A stretch of DNA of 64,000 nucleotides from Tubiluchus corallicola. Lineage: Eukaryota; Animalia; Priapulida. Position 1 is the first letter of the stretch, and every line of letters begins with the position of its first letter. Under the pieces are notes generated by a model. The model was not told the origin of the DNA and ran no database searches. It saw nothing but the letters and a program-made list of their open reading frames with translations. The translations under genes and the position numbers were made by a program. Positions 50,851 through 63,601 of this stretch are shown one piece after another. Location of the stretch: assembly GCA_030141605.1 (NCBI GenBank), contig JAQGDQ010000174.1:1-64000 (forward strand). The letters run 5' to 3'.

Positions 50851-53810
50851 ATATAGTTAAAATTAAATTAAATTAAATATTTCCATTACAATTTTCCACA
50901 ATGATCAAAATAGTAGAAAGCAAGTCTTGATAATGTTTTGCTAAAAACCTCTAAGAACAAAGCAAATAGTTGCTTTCACGCTTATTTTACACTGTTTTCC
51001 AGCATTGATACAGGCCTGTTATTAATCTACTTTCAGGTTTTGATAAAACGCATACACCTGACCACATGTTCAGATTTAAAGCAGTCAACATCGCCATTAG
51101 GATAACAATAGACCCTTGAATGAAATAATATTTTTGTTTGAGAATGGCGCTGCTTTCTGAGTGTAGCCTTGACGTCTCAATGGCGTACACCTATTGACGT
51201 TTTATTCAGTGACAGATGAGCACTGCAAATAAACTAGCTATGCTCCTAGAAATGTTTGACATGTCATGCTTCGTGCATTGTCTATGTGTTGTACGCTAAA
51301 ACACGCTAGATAACTTTCGATCGAATACTTTTATTACACACTTAGGGTAAAACTCCGGGCGAAAACTTTATCTGAGAATTGTTTCTGATAATTAAAGAAA
51401 TTAAGGGACATTTAGCTTTTATTTTGACTTTTACAGTTGAAGAGCAGTTTTTGATGCGTATTCCGAGCATTGCCATGTTTTTGGGTGACCTTGTCTTGTG
51501 AGATAACAACAAAGCTTGTTGTAAGAAGTAGGTCCAGGCTGATAATTAAAAATACTTGGCAGTTTTGGTATGGTCTCCCGTGTGAAAATTACATTATATT
51601 TATTGTACCTGTACAACTTGAATGGTTCCGTTAAATTTTAAAATTATATTTTTAACCTCGCCTTATATTATCATTTAAAACAACAATCTTATTTGGTGTT
51701 ACTTGTGGTGTGCTAAAATTTTACTGCATTATTGTTCAACGAATTTTTGTGGTATGAATGTATGATAGAAAATTTGTACATATTCTATTTAATTATTTAT
51801 GTATCTTTTCTATAGTTAAATGCCAGAGATTTGGAATTTTGCATATGAAAATAAAAGCTTGCGTTGATATTATAGCAAATGGCGTGCTGTAAACGTTCTG
51901 TTGTAATCCTCAATGTAATGTGTGCTGCGCCATCTGTTGACAAATAGGAAGAATATTATGAACTAACGCTGCCTTTAATTACTAAGATTAAACTTACAGA
52001 CATAGTATACACGTTTATTGTGAAACAGAAAGTATCCACGTTTAATAAACGCAGTTATATAACAACGCTTCTAAGTGGAAACAATAACGCAAGATATTAT
52101 TTTAATAAACTCGGAAGAGCTATTAGTAGGGCTAATTTTCCATAATTTGTCCATAAACTTTGTAACCGACCTTTCTGTTTAAAAAACTATTGGCAGCCAT
52201 AATTAATTAGATTTCGAATTCTTTTTCAAGACATTATCGCAAGGCTCACAATTAATATATGGGTATGTATACTTATGGTAGGTCACTGCAGTTTCGAATT
52301 ATCATCGTTCGCTTACAGTCTTTACACGCATGCGCAGAATATTATAATGCTAAAGGAAATCATTGAAACTTACAAGACTTATTTGATTGGCTAATAACAA
52401 TGAAGCCATGCGGTTTAGGGGCGGTGTAAGAAACTGGTTATTTCAAACGTCTCAGACTCGAAGCTGTACATGTAGCCACCACTTTCGGGCCCAGTTTATA
52501 AAACTTACACAAAAATCTAGGAAACGTAGTTTAAAACGCAAAGAACATTGATTCACTATCAAAAATTAATCAGTATCAGGGACTCTACACAACAGCAACA
52601 AAAAACAATAATTTGGGAAAATTTAAATTATAAAAAACAACATTATGCACTTTTCGATCAAATGTTAACAGTTGAACTGCAGTAATAATATAATACTAGA
52701 TCGAGACCTTTCGTTTGATATATAGATCGCCGCAAATGGTGCCGTCGTCGAATTTGTAGCCTCGAATCTTATATATATATATATATATAAATAAATATGC
52801 CAAGAATATTAATATAATGAAAATGATAAAGGTCAACTAATGATGGATTTATGACCAAGCATATGTCTCCTAGTAAGTTCGCTTTTGCAGTAAAGTTTCA
52901 CTTACCGAAATTAAGCATAGTTGCATAAAGATTAGTAAGATTAGGTGAGCATTTATAGTTATGATAAAACGACTACCTTGCTAAATATTATCTTGTAAAA
53001 AACAACTGAAATTATGCCATTAAATCGGATTCCTCTCAAGTTGATTATGGTTTCCACCATACAAACTTTCTTTTACAATTATTTTTCATAATTATACTGT
53101 TCAGAACTTTTTGATATATTTGTCTGTTAAATGCTTCGAGCCTCGTGTGTTCACTTCTACTTTTATTGTTGATTTCTGAAAATATTTAGGAAAATTCTAG
53201 TTTCTCTATTTTTTTGGCAGGAAATTTGTGAATTTGGAAAAAGTTGTACATGAAAAAATAGGAGCGAATCTAATGCCAGGCAAAATACAAAATGGTGGCA
53301 AAATACAAACCGCAGTGGCAGTACATGAACCTAGATTAATGGCATTAACTTTTCCCTGTGCATACCGTCCTGTACTGTTGAGAAAGAAAAATCTAGGAAA
53401 ATTTAGATAAGAATGGGCCTGTATATATCACAGATTCAGTGTACTGATTAATATTGGCGTGTTGTAACGTGACTTACGTGGTGTACTTTGTTTACACAAG
53501 GATATACAAACATATGTTTACAGGTATGCAAACCTTCATTTTCTTATACAGATATGTATGCATGTAGTCTCTGCCTGTATAGCCTTCATAATTTATAATT
53601 ACATGAAATCAAAGTCTAATTTGATTCCAGACTACTCAAAAGTGGTCACTTGTTAGATTTACGACTAACAGTTCAAAATCTCAAAAATGTAAAAGAACTT
53701 CGAACGACATACGGCTTTGCCTTTAGTCCATCTTATTGAAAGCAGAGCTGTGTTGTGCTGCCATCTGTAGGATAGAAACAATAACTACGTACTCGGCTTC
53801 TTGCAAAGAT

Positions 53811-53816
53811 TTTATT
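53811..53816 (-). terminator. Candidate poly(A) signal of Mhc
   Basis: AATAAA (tttatt on +) about 220 nt downstream of the predicted stop. Confidence 0.5.
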
Positions 53817-54035
53817 GCTATTACTATGATGAATTACATTCTATCACACGAATCTTCAATCCTAAAACAACTTAAGGTATATCCTTTATATTTCTGCCTA
53901 TTGTTTTTTCTTTTTCATTTTTCTGCTGTGTTAAGCATTTGAAAACTCGTTGAAACTAAAAGCACAATAATGAAGGCTTGTACAAACTACTAGGTTAACA
54001 AACTGTGGATCTGTCAAACGAAATGAAATTCTTGC

Positions 54036-54080
54036 CTAATCTTCATCTTCGTAACGAGGACGACGGGTTCGCTTTACCGG
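54036..54080 (-). CDS. Mhc: Myosin heavy chain terminal exon encoding non-helical tailpiece PVKRTRRPRYEDED* (not in ORF track)
   Basis: atgcttag|CCG GTA AAG CGA ACC CGT CGT CCT CGT TAC GAA GAT GAA GAT TAG. Phase 0 fits the donor at 55610; the acidic ending is typical of myosin tailpieces. AATAAA on the minus strand at 53816-53811. Confidence 0.8.
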   Translation of the reverse strand, partial: PVKRTRRPRYEDED

Positions 54081-55269
54081 CTAAGCATATTACTTATATA
54101 AAACGTATAAAGTACTAATAAAGTATTTTATATAAACTATTTTTGGAAGTCAGCAATGAAAATGTCGTTATTGAAAACTATGATTGTAATTTTGTGAATG
54201 TTTTACATGCACTTCGGCCCATAGCAAGTCCAGCATATTACGACTGGGCCTGCTCATTGCAATGTTTGTGGCGTGCCCGGTTCCCAGCTCATTATCAAGG
54301 TTAACACTCTATGACGAAGCACTGAACCAGATGTGTCTCCACTACGCTCTCTTGTATATAAATCTTCAACTACGAGGTAAATGGCCAGTATCACTATAAC
54401 GAAACCTCCCAAGTTGAGTTTCGAACTCAGTATTCGCGAGAAAAGCATCTGCGCTTTCCGCATATCCATTCGGCTATGAACCCCAATCATTACGCTAATA
54501 ATTTTTAAAATCCCTAAAATAAATGCCTAAAAGGTTTTTGATAATTTTTATAAAATTGTTTGTTTCAGAATTAAAAAACAAGTTTATTAAAACATTGAAA
54601 ACTTTACAAACGTTTCCGCTACGTGGCGTAGTCAGTTTCAGTGTATGTGCTGTAGAATGACTACTGCCATGTAATGGAAACGAATACAAAGGTTGTTTTT
54701 TCTTTTAGAATATCTTTCCTTCCTGTATAAAATGCTTGGCTTTTTTAATCCGGTCATTTAGCAGGCCTATAGGGTCCTATAGACCTAAGGAGTGATATGC
54801 ACTCTAGTTACTGTAAATATTAGTCTTGTTGGAAAAACAATAAAAGTGTTTCAAAATTACCCAAATTGTTTTTTATTAATCAAAGTGTTGACCAACAGGG
54901 CGAGAAGTTACTGTACCAAGTCTAGCCGTCCTCTTCGATTAGTGAATACAAATCTGTCATTATTCACTTAAAAAGAAAATATAGATACTGGTCCCTCATT
55001 TTATGCTAGTCCTAAAATTTAGATTACGTAATATAACTGATCTTAGTCCCCAAGACTCGTCCACCAAAATACTTCTTCGAATCATTTCGTCTTTTTCACT
55101 TCTGATGCTAAATATTTTATAGTAAATAATTGTGCATATGTTTTATTGATTATCAGTAATATAGTTAAGCTAACGTATACAGCTTTTTATCTATCAACAA
55201 TCGGGTACCTTCATGGAAATAATCATTTTTGAAACTGTTAATAATTCATCCACGTATAAAAATAAATTA

Positions 55270-55565
55270 TCTTCTTATCTTACCTTATCTTATCTCATCT
55301 CATCTCATCTCATCTCATCTCATCTCATCTCATCTCATCTCATCTCATCTTATCTATCTCATATCATCTATCTCATCCCATCTCTTCTCATCTCACCTCA
55401 CCATGCCTCACCTCACCAGGACTCACCTCACCTCACCTCATCCTATCCTATCCTATCCTATCCTATCCTATCCTATCCTATCCTATCCTATCCTATCCTA
55501 TCCTATCCTATCCTATCCTATCCTATCCTATCCTATCCTATCCTATCCTATCCCATCTTATCTCA
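55270..55565. repeat. Compound pentanucleotide microsatellite (ATCTC)(CACCT)(ATCCT) in the last Mhc intron
   Basis: Direct inspection. Confidence 0.95.
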
Positions 55566-55610
55566 TCGTGTCGTATATTTTATCTTAATGGCTTGATCAT
55601 TAATAATTAC

Positions 55611-57249
55611 CTCGACTTGCGCTCCTCTCATCCCACCACCAGCTCTCGCCTGTGCGCGTAGTTTTGCAAAAGCATTTTCTGCATCTTCAGCACGAGCTTC
55701 AGCTTCCTCTAGTTCAGCCTGGGTTTTGCGATATTTGGCAAGATTCATGTTGGCCACTTCCTCTGCCTCTTCGATCTGACGTTTGTACATTTTTATCTTG
55801 TTATTTTGCTTCTCGATCATGTCTGTCAGGTGCTGAGTGGCCTTCTTATCCTCCTCAACCTGGTACTGAAGCTCCTTGATGCGTCTGTCAGCAGTACGGA
55901 ACTTCTTGTTGGTTTCCGCATGACGACGGGTTTCATTGTCGTACTCACCTTCCAGTTCACGTACACGCCTCTCTAGCTTTTCAATCATCTTTTTACCTCC
56001 CTTCAAAACATTTGCTTCAGCTTCATCCAGTCTAACTTGTAGATCCTTTATCTGTTGTTCCTGTGACTTCACCATCTTAGTGACATTGGCAGAGTGGTCT
56101 TGTTCATTGCGAAGCTCTTCTGACAGACGCGCTGCGTCGGCTACAGCTTGTTTTGCTTTTTCGTCAGTAGTCCTTAACTCGTTAACTGTCTCGTCTAAGT
56201 CAGCTTGCATTGTCACCATGTCGCCCTCCAGCTTGCGTTTAGACGCTGAAACGCTACTAATTTGTGCTTGCAGGTCACTGATTCGGTCATTTGCATCTGC
56301 CAGATCGGATTCGGCTGCTCTACGATTACGTTCGGCTTGTTCATGCATAGTTCTGGTCTCCTCCAATTCAGCGCCAAGAGCATTACAGCGACGTTCACTC
56401 GCATTGAGTTGCTCCCGAAGTTCATCACGTACACGTTGCTCTTCATCTATTTGCGCTTCGAGGTCCTTTATCTCAGCTTGTAATTTCTTAATTAATTTCT
56501 GTGCATCAGCATTTTGTCGGTTTGCTGTGTCAAGCGATACCTCAAGTTCGTTAATGTCACCCTCCAATTTCTTCTTCATTCTCATCGCTTCAGCTTTTCC
56601 ACGGGCTTCACTCTCAAGGCTTGCCTGCATTGAATCAACAGCCCGCTGATGGTTTCTTCGAGTGGTTTCAAATTCTTCGTCTTTTTCAGCAAGGCGTCTA
56701 TCAATTTCTTGTCTTAACTGTTGCAACTCCAACTGCCCCCTGACCACTTTGCCTTCTTCAGCTTCTAAAGCACCCTCCGCTTCTTCCAAAGCCGCCTGCA
56801 ACTCATCCTTTTCTGCAGCTAGTTTTCGACGTGCTTTATCCATTTCGTGAATACTTCTGCCTCCCTCTCCCAGTTGATCAGTCAAGTCCTTTATTTCGTC
56901 TTGCAAATTTCTAGTTTCTCTTTTAAGTGTTTCTACAGCATCAGCGGCTTCCTCTTGTGCGCCTTTAGCTTTAAACAGTTCCGTTGCTAATCCACGGCAC
57001 TCACGCTGCGAAGCTTCCAGCTCAGATACAAGGTCATCAGTTTTCTGTTTCCATTCCGCTATTGTCTTGTCAAAGTTTCGTTGACGTGTTTCTGCAGCTT
57101 TGGCTGCTGTTGTCGCTCTTTCAACTTCAATGCTCATGTCGTCAAGTTCATTGGTAAGGCGTTTCTTAGTTTTTTCCATGGACAGGATCTTAGAGTTCAG
57201 TGTTTCAATTTGTTCTGCCGCGTCAGAAAGTTTGGCTTGCATCTTGCGC
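55611..57249 (-). CDS. Mhc: Myosin heavy chain large LMM exon
   Basis: Myosin tail heptads including DLTDQLGEGGRSIHE, KDEEFETTRRNHQRA, KKKLEGDINELE, LKGGKKMIEKLE and YKRQIEEAEE. Acceptor ttggcag; donor GAG|GTAATT at 55610. 1639 nt. Confidence 0.96.
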
Positions 57250-57543
57250 CTGCCAAGTAAATCAAAAATGCAATGAATATTAAAGACTTTTGTTAATGTT
57301 ATTAATGCATTCTTTACGTTTCCAATTTTTTTGCAAAGATTTTTTATAAAAAAATAAGTGATCGGTTAATTTTTACGTTTCTATTTCACTGTAGTTACGT
57401 GCACGCGTAGCCGTATATAAATGAACACACTGTATTTGTATCATACAAAAATGGTGAATTTAGTAATCTAGTATATTAGTATTTTTACCACTTCAAGTTT
57501 TGATTACTTCGCTTACTTGCTTACAAGTTTTGCATTTACTTAC

Positions 57544-57989
57544 TTTATTTCTTCAGCTTCAGCAATGTCTCCTCCTAAGCCCTCACTTTCCACTCTAGCA
57601 CGTAGAGTTTGGTATTCCCCGTTAATTTTAGCAAATTGGCGCTGGATTTCAGCTTTAGCATCTGACTCTTCTTCAAGTTGTTCTTTAATCTGCTCCACTT
57701 CGTGCTGAGAATTTCTCAGCTGCGTCTGCAAGCTGGCCTTTTCTCTTGTCAGTTCTTCCTCGGTGCGCCTTGCTTCATCTAAAGACGAAGTTATCTGGGC
57801 CTTGTGCTTGTTCAGCTGATTCACCTGTGATTCAGCTTCCTCTACTTGACGTTGGAGGTCGTTGACTTCATTGGTCATGCGACTCTTATTCGCATTCATG
57901 TCGTTTATAACACGGGACGATTCGTCTAGTTTCGCATTTGCTTCACCAAGTTGATTCTCTAAGGACTTGACAAGTTTATCAGCTTGAGA
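57544..57989 (-). CDS. Mhc: Myosin heavy chain exon (LMM rod)
   Basis: SQADKLVKSLENQLGEANAKLDE...QLEEESDAKAEIQRQFAK... Acceptor ctttcag; donor GTAAGT at 57543. 446 nt, ends in phase 2. Confidence 0.95.
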
Positions 57990-58314
57990 CTGAAAGTAAA
58001 AAAGGATGTCAAACAAAAATGAAAAATAATGTGTTTTTCCATATTTAATGCAATTCAATTCAATCAACTCTATCAATTTTGTTTCTTCAACGTTAGTTTC
58101 AGATAAAACAGTTAGTAGTAATTCCAATATGTAAATGCGAAATAGTAATAAACTACTATAACGTATGAATTACGTAAATTATGTCAAATTACACTTTAAA
58201 ATAATGTCACTAGCAAACTTTTCTCGAGCGCTTCCAGGTGTTACAACAAGCCTAAGAAATTCGCCTAACATATCAAACAATATCTTATTAAATATGATTT
58301 TGTTATTGGTCTAC

Positions 58315-58393
58315 CTTCGCTTTAGTCACATGATCCAAGTTACCACGAGCATCATCTAGTTCTACTTTTGCTTGTGCCTTCTCTTTTTCTACT
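58315..58393 (-). CDS. Mhc: Myosin heavy chain 79-nt S2/LMM hinge exon (not in ORF track)
   Basis: ttttttcag|A GTA GAA AAA GAG AAG GCA...GCG AAG|GTAGAC encodes (K)VEKEKAQAKVELDDARGNLDHVTKAK. It restores frame between the phase-2 donor upstream and the phase-0 acceptor downstream. Confidence 0.92.
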
Positions 58394-58665
58394 CTGAAAA
58401 AATTAACTTAATCTTGACACTGCGACAAAATCTCTCCAGAACGTCGTAGGTTTGTATCTCTGCAGCTCTAAAAGCAGTGATAGGGCAAGAAGATTGTTTA
58501 TACAAGAAGCTTAATAATATAAAGGCGTTTACACACGTTACTTGGATACCTAACCTTCTAGAATTTACTAAAATTTAGCTTAGTAGGGTTATAGGCTAGA
58601 AAAAGTGCGAAATATAAGTAGCGTAAAATACTCTATAAAAGCAGTCGGAAATTCCCGCTACTCAC

Positions 58666-59300
58666 TTTGCTTTTACTTTCTGCAGCTGATCCATTTGTTC
58701 TCCCATTTCGGAAATGACATCATTTTGCTTCTTCCTCATTGCCGATATAGTCGCTTCATGCTGCAGCACTTGTTCTTCAAGGTCACGTCGAAGTTTCGCT
58801 AGCTCAGCTTCTCTCTTCTTGTTCAATTCTACTTGTGCAGACGTTGATCCACCAGCCTCTTCCAGACGTTCATTCATCTCATCCAGCTCACGACTCAGAT
58901 CCCCTCGTTGTCTTTCCACCTTGGATCTGGCTTGCCTTTCTGCTTCCAGCTCTTCCTCTACTTCTTCGATACGAGCTTGCAAATCTTTTATCTTTTTCTG
59001 TAGTTGGTGCACGATACCTTGCTCATCTTCACATTTTGTCGAAACGCTGTTTAACTCCATGTCTTTTTTACGAATAGTGTCCTCTAACTGCTTTTTCATG
59101 CGTTCCAGTTCTTCCACAGCTTCCTGCGTAATCTTCAAGTCACCCTCCACCTTACGCTTTGCCTTCTCCACGTCACCACGAGTCTTCTTTTCTCTTTCTA
59201 AAGAATCTTCGACTTCGTCGAGCGTTTGCTCGAGTTTTGATTTTACTTTTGTCAAGTGATTGCATTTATCTTCCTCCTTGTGTAGATCTTCTTGAGTTTT
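58666..59300 (-). CDS. Mhc: Myosin heavy chain exon (S2 rod)
   Basis: [29 protein letters not shown]...[21 protein letters not shown]... Acceptor tttcttag; donor GTGAGT at 58665. 635 nt, ends in phase 2. Confidence 0.95.
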
Positions 59301-59560
59301 CTAAGAAAAATTAATGCGTAATAATAAGTATCGTGATAATCATACAAGTAAACTTTTAAGTTCTCGTGGACTGTAACTGATACGCAGTGTAAAACGTTTA
59401 GAATTAAATGATTTTTCTCAAGTGCTGCAAAGCACAACAGTGAATTAATTCAGGACTAAAAGGTTATAGTGGGGATATAACAAAAGAGAGTATAATGTCT
59501 TAACTCAGGATCTCCGTTTATTCAAATATATATCTATAATTTGACAATTAAGTGACACAC

Positions 59561-60407
59561 CTGCAGAGTCTCATCAATATTTTTCTTTTCTTTGTTTGTT
59601 TTTGAGATTAGTTCATCTTGTCGAGCAATCTCATCATTCAGTTGTCTAATCTGGTGATCTTTTGCTGTTTTCTCTCCCTCAAGTTTTTTCACAAGACGTT
59701 CCAACTCCTCTATTTGGGACCTGAGATCAGCAGCTTCAGCATCAAGTTTTCGTCTTGCATCGCTAATGTTGGCACTGTTTTCTTCCTCTTCCAAAAGTCG
59801 AGCTTTTAGATCTTCGATCTGCTGCTCCAGATCCTGCTTTTGAGAAATAAGTCTGGTGGCACGCTCTTCAATGTCAGCCAAAGTCTCCATTTCATTTTGG
59901 ATCCTATTATACAGCTCTGTCTTTTCTTTTGTTAGTTTGGCAATTTGAGCCTCGTAGTCAATGCGCGTTTTAGTCTCTTTTGTGAGGCTGTCTTTTAGTT
60001 TTGCAATTTCCTCGTCCTTCGCTTTTATTTCATCCTCTTGGCGGGCAATGGATAACAATGGCTTGACTTTTGTATACAACTTCCACCAGGCCCAGTTACG
60101 GCATTGAAGGTACTTCCTGGTGTTCCTCTGTATGACAATCATGGCGAGTCTCTGAGCCTTCATTCTCTCATATTCGTCTCTCATCAGGTGGCCTCTGATC
60201 TGTGCTTGCATCATCGTAAGAATCTTTGTAATGCGCTCGTCTCGCATTTCTTCAAGTCTGCCCAAAGCTCCTGCTTTGAAAAAGACCTTTGTAAGGCCAA
60301 GCTTGAACTCGGCAGTAGGCCATTGCAAAGCACCCAGTAATCGTTCACAGATGTCCTTGCCATCGTGAAATCCTTCTGGGATGGCATTCGGTGCTAAAAT
60401 CTGATAT
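59561..60407 (-). CDS. Mhc: Myosin heavy chain exon (converter, IQ lever arm, start of S2 coiled coil)
   Basis: YQILAP...LGLTKVFFKAG...IQRNTRKY...WAWWKLYTKVKPLL followed by heptads (KDHQIRQLNDEIARQDELI). Acceptor cttgcag; donor GTGTGT at 59560. 847 nt. Confidence 0.96.
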
Positions 60408-60659
60408 CTGCAAGGTAAAATATTGTCATCGTGATAACAAAAATGAGTACTTTTGGACTTCAGAGTGCATTTTTTAGAATGCAAGAATAGTACTGCTTTG
60501 TAAAAACAAACACTATAGATATAGCGATTGTAACAGAGATAGTCCACGCGAGGTTTCAATTATAAGTGCTGTTTTGGACTTTGTTCACGTGAAAATAAAA
60601 ATACTAAGCTTTAGTTTCTGGTTGAGGGACTCGACCCATATTGTTACTGTTTTGGATCC

Positions 60660-60762
60660 AGTTGTTGTAATTGTTGCTATTGTTGTTGTTGTTTTTTTGT
60701 TGTTGCTGCTGCTATTGTTGTTGTTGTTTTTTTTGTTGTTGCTGCTGCTATTGTTGTTGTTG
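60660..60762. repeat. (GTT/GCT)n microsatellite in an Mhc intron
   Basis: Direct inspection. Confidence 0.9.
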
Positions 60763-61853
60763 GGGATGACTTTTTGAAAAAAGCCCAAAGCTCAGTGAAT
60801 TCGCAACGGATCGTCACGAAACTTTACCGAATCCTAGAATGCATCGACTGATGGAGCTGGATTTTCGATCTGCAATTTTCAATTCAATGTTACCAGTTAC
60901 ACCAATTGCCATTTCTTACCCACGACCTAGTTCAGTGCCTAGTTTAGGTAAGTATTTTTACCGCATACTAATACACTGCAATAACCCACTAGCTGCTGCG
61001 CCTTAAAAACAAATAATAAATTTGGGTTTCTATTTTAAAAATAATAAATAAGCAAAAAACTAACGCAGGGAAGGGTTGCTTTTAACGAAAACCTAAACTT
61101 TGAAGTGACAGCAGCTTTAAGGCGAGTATACTCCAATAGATTCCATATAAACCTAGACTCAAACATACTATTGCAAACGTACGAGCAAGCAATATTGGTA
61201 CACAAACAATTGTTTGGAAATCAAGAGTGGCGACTAGCATATGATAGCAAATCAACCATTACAAAACGTGATGCAAAACAGTGACCCGATCATCCCTCTG
61301 TCCATAATCCACAAATTCATTTTTAGTTGTGCTTGAAGCACAAGAAAACCCGTAACTTTCGTTAATGTAAAACAATCCGTCTTGAAGGTTTGTATCACCT
61401 ACGTACTATATTAATGCGCACAGAGCTTGTATTAAAAGCAACACTGTATAAAACTCAAAAATTTAAACTCCCGCGATGACCGTCAAGCTCAGCTATTTTA
61501 AGGACAAGTAGTTTGAAACAAGTTTAGATAACACTGCATAAAGCTTAAAAAATAATTAGAGCATTGGTAGCGCACACACTAGCTAAGTAACGATATAAAT
61601 TACTGTATCTTGTCAAGAAGATTAAAAACACATATTTTGGTGAATCAGTGGTGCACATTGGGAAGGTGAGTCAGCGAAATTTTACCATTTGACGTGAATA
61701 TTTTAAATTACTAAGAATTTCCTGTTCTAGTTACATATATCTTTCAAACAAGCAAGGGTAATACAACTTCGTTTGGAAAGTTTTTTTGGGGTATACTGCA
61801 ATAAAAAAGGAATTTATAAATCAAACAAAATTTAGCAAAAAAATTACACCAAC

Positions 61854-62059
61854 CTCTGCTTAAAGTCAGCATACAGCAGCCGATTAGGAAACCCCTTTCT
61901 GCAAATTCGGATACCTTCCAGTACGCCATTGCAGGTAAGCTGATGCATAGTTAGCTTAGCATCCAGTACACCTGCTTCTTTTAGCTCATTAGGAATAATG
62001 CACCGCACAAAGTGTGGCGCTGTGTTTCGCAATGTAGACATTAGTCTGTTTAACTGTTC
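61854..62059 (-). CDS. Mhc: Myosin heavy chain exon (SH2-SH1 region)
   Basis: [25 protein letters not shown]...[31 protein letters not shown]. Acceptor ttttcag; donor GTTGGT at 61853. 206 nt, ends in phase 2, matching the next exon (AG|A = Arg). Confidence 0.96.
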
Positions 62060-62332
62060 CTGAAAAATATTATCCTAACTTATAATTAATTCTAATTGAC
62101 ATTTACGCTCATGTTGTGGAAGTTGTAACTGTATATTTTAGGTGCTGCCATCTATTGATTGTCACTTTAACATTTTACTAGTTAAACTCACCCTTAGTAC
62201 AATTGCTCGGTCCAGTGAATATTCAAACTCACTGTATCTCCCCTATTTTACTGTAATGGGATATGTGAAGCCAAGTTTCTGCATAGTTCTCTACCTATAT
62301 AAACTGGCTAGATTTCACTTACAGCCACTGAT

Positions 62333-62505
62333 TGACTCTCTGTCACGCTCTTAGTGCAGAAGTCATGCTAGTCTTGCTACTGACTGTCTCTCTGTCACGC
62401 TCTCAGTGACGTGCAGTCGATCTACTTATGTGACTCTCTGTCACGTTCTCAGTGCAGTGCAGTCGTGCTACACACTGTCTGACTCACACTCTCAGTGCAG
62501 TGCAG
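62333..62505. repeat. Degenerate tandem repeat (gactctctgtcacgctctcagtgcag) in an Mhc intron
   Basis: About 4 imperfect copies. Confidence 0.65.
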
Positions 62506-62635
62506 CAGTCGTGATCTTCATTTTACTTGTATATTTTATTGTGTATTTAGTATGTTTCAGTTTTTGTGCAGAACACATGTATACCTCTCAGGTCAGCAAG
62601 CAGCAATAAATAATGTCGCCTATAGCAACACTTAC

Positions 62636-63601
62636 TCTGTAAATTGCAGACACCGTCAAGAAACCTGAGCCCTTCTTTCTTTTACCCTTGCCGCCCGTGT
62701 CTTCCTCACCCATAGCTTCTAATTTATCCTCAAACAGACTTGCAATAAGAACATTAGTTTTTGATTTGGCAAAAAGCTCGCAGACGGTGTCGTTCAGAGG
62801 GTCCTTGTTCTTGTTCAGCCACTGGTCAGTGCTATAATTGACCGTGCCAGCATAATGGACAATTCCGAAATGAGCTTCAGCCTGGTTTCCCTTTGGCGGC
62901 TTCGGCTTGATGAAGTTGGGAGACTTGCCAAGGTGGTTATCCATTAATTTTTGAGTCATTGTAGTGTCGGTGGCCTTGGGAAACATGCACTCCTCCTCGA
63001 GGATGGCAAATACACCCATAGGTTTCTCAATTAAATCAATGCAAGCTTGCAGATCTAGACCAAAATCAATAAAGGTCCATTCAATGCTTTCCCGCTTGTA
63101 TTCTTCTTGTTCAAGAACAAACATGTGATGGTTGAAGAACTGCTGTAGTTTCTCGTTGGTAAAGTTTATGCACAGCTGCTCGAAACCATTATAGTCAAAA
63201 ATCTCGAAACCAGCGATGTCCAGCACCCCGATGAAGAACTGCCTCTTCTGTCTGGTGGCCAGGGTCACGTTCACGCGGGAGACTAGCGATTTAAACATAC
63301 GATCGTAAATGGATTTGCCCAGAGCACCAACTGCATACAAAACTTGGTCTTTGTTTTGACCCTTGTTGACAAATTCGTTTCCGACCTTGATGCGTGGTTT
63401 CAGCAAGCCTTTGTACAATTCAGCATCAGATATGCCCATAAGATGCGCTACCTTTTCACCATGTTCAGTACCATCGGCCTCAGCTTGTTCTTCCCTAGCT
63501 CTTTGTTTGAATTGACAGTTCCCAAAGTGCATCACTCCGGCTACCAACTTGTAGATGTTCATTTTTTCCGTATCTTCGAATCCCAAAATATCAAATGCCA
63601 C
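62636..63601 (-). CDS. Mhc: Muscle myosin II heavy chain, motor-domain exon (switch II, relay, loop 2); first exon inside the window
   Basis: Translation VAFDILGF...[13 protein letters not shown]...[45 protein letters not shown]...HYAGTVNY...KNKDPLND matches class II myosin motor motifs. Acceptor tttag ends at 63602; donor GTAAGT at 62635. 966 nt, phase 0/0. Confidence 0.97.

Noticed and set aside
58394-58665. Possible second (mutually exclusive) hinge exon after ttttag near 58468
   Set aside because: The frame hits a stop, there is no donor at 79 nt and no similarity to the hinge sequence.
55652-60340. Plus-strand ORFs up to 237 aa overlapping myosin exons
   Set aside because: Antisense shadows of coiled-coil codons (S/F/L/C-rich); no independent evidence.
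60408-60559. ORF-track extensions of myosin exons (also 57990-58127 and 62588-62635)
   Set aside because: Read-through into introns beyond clear splice sites; no myosin similarity.
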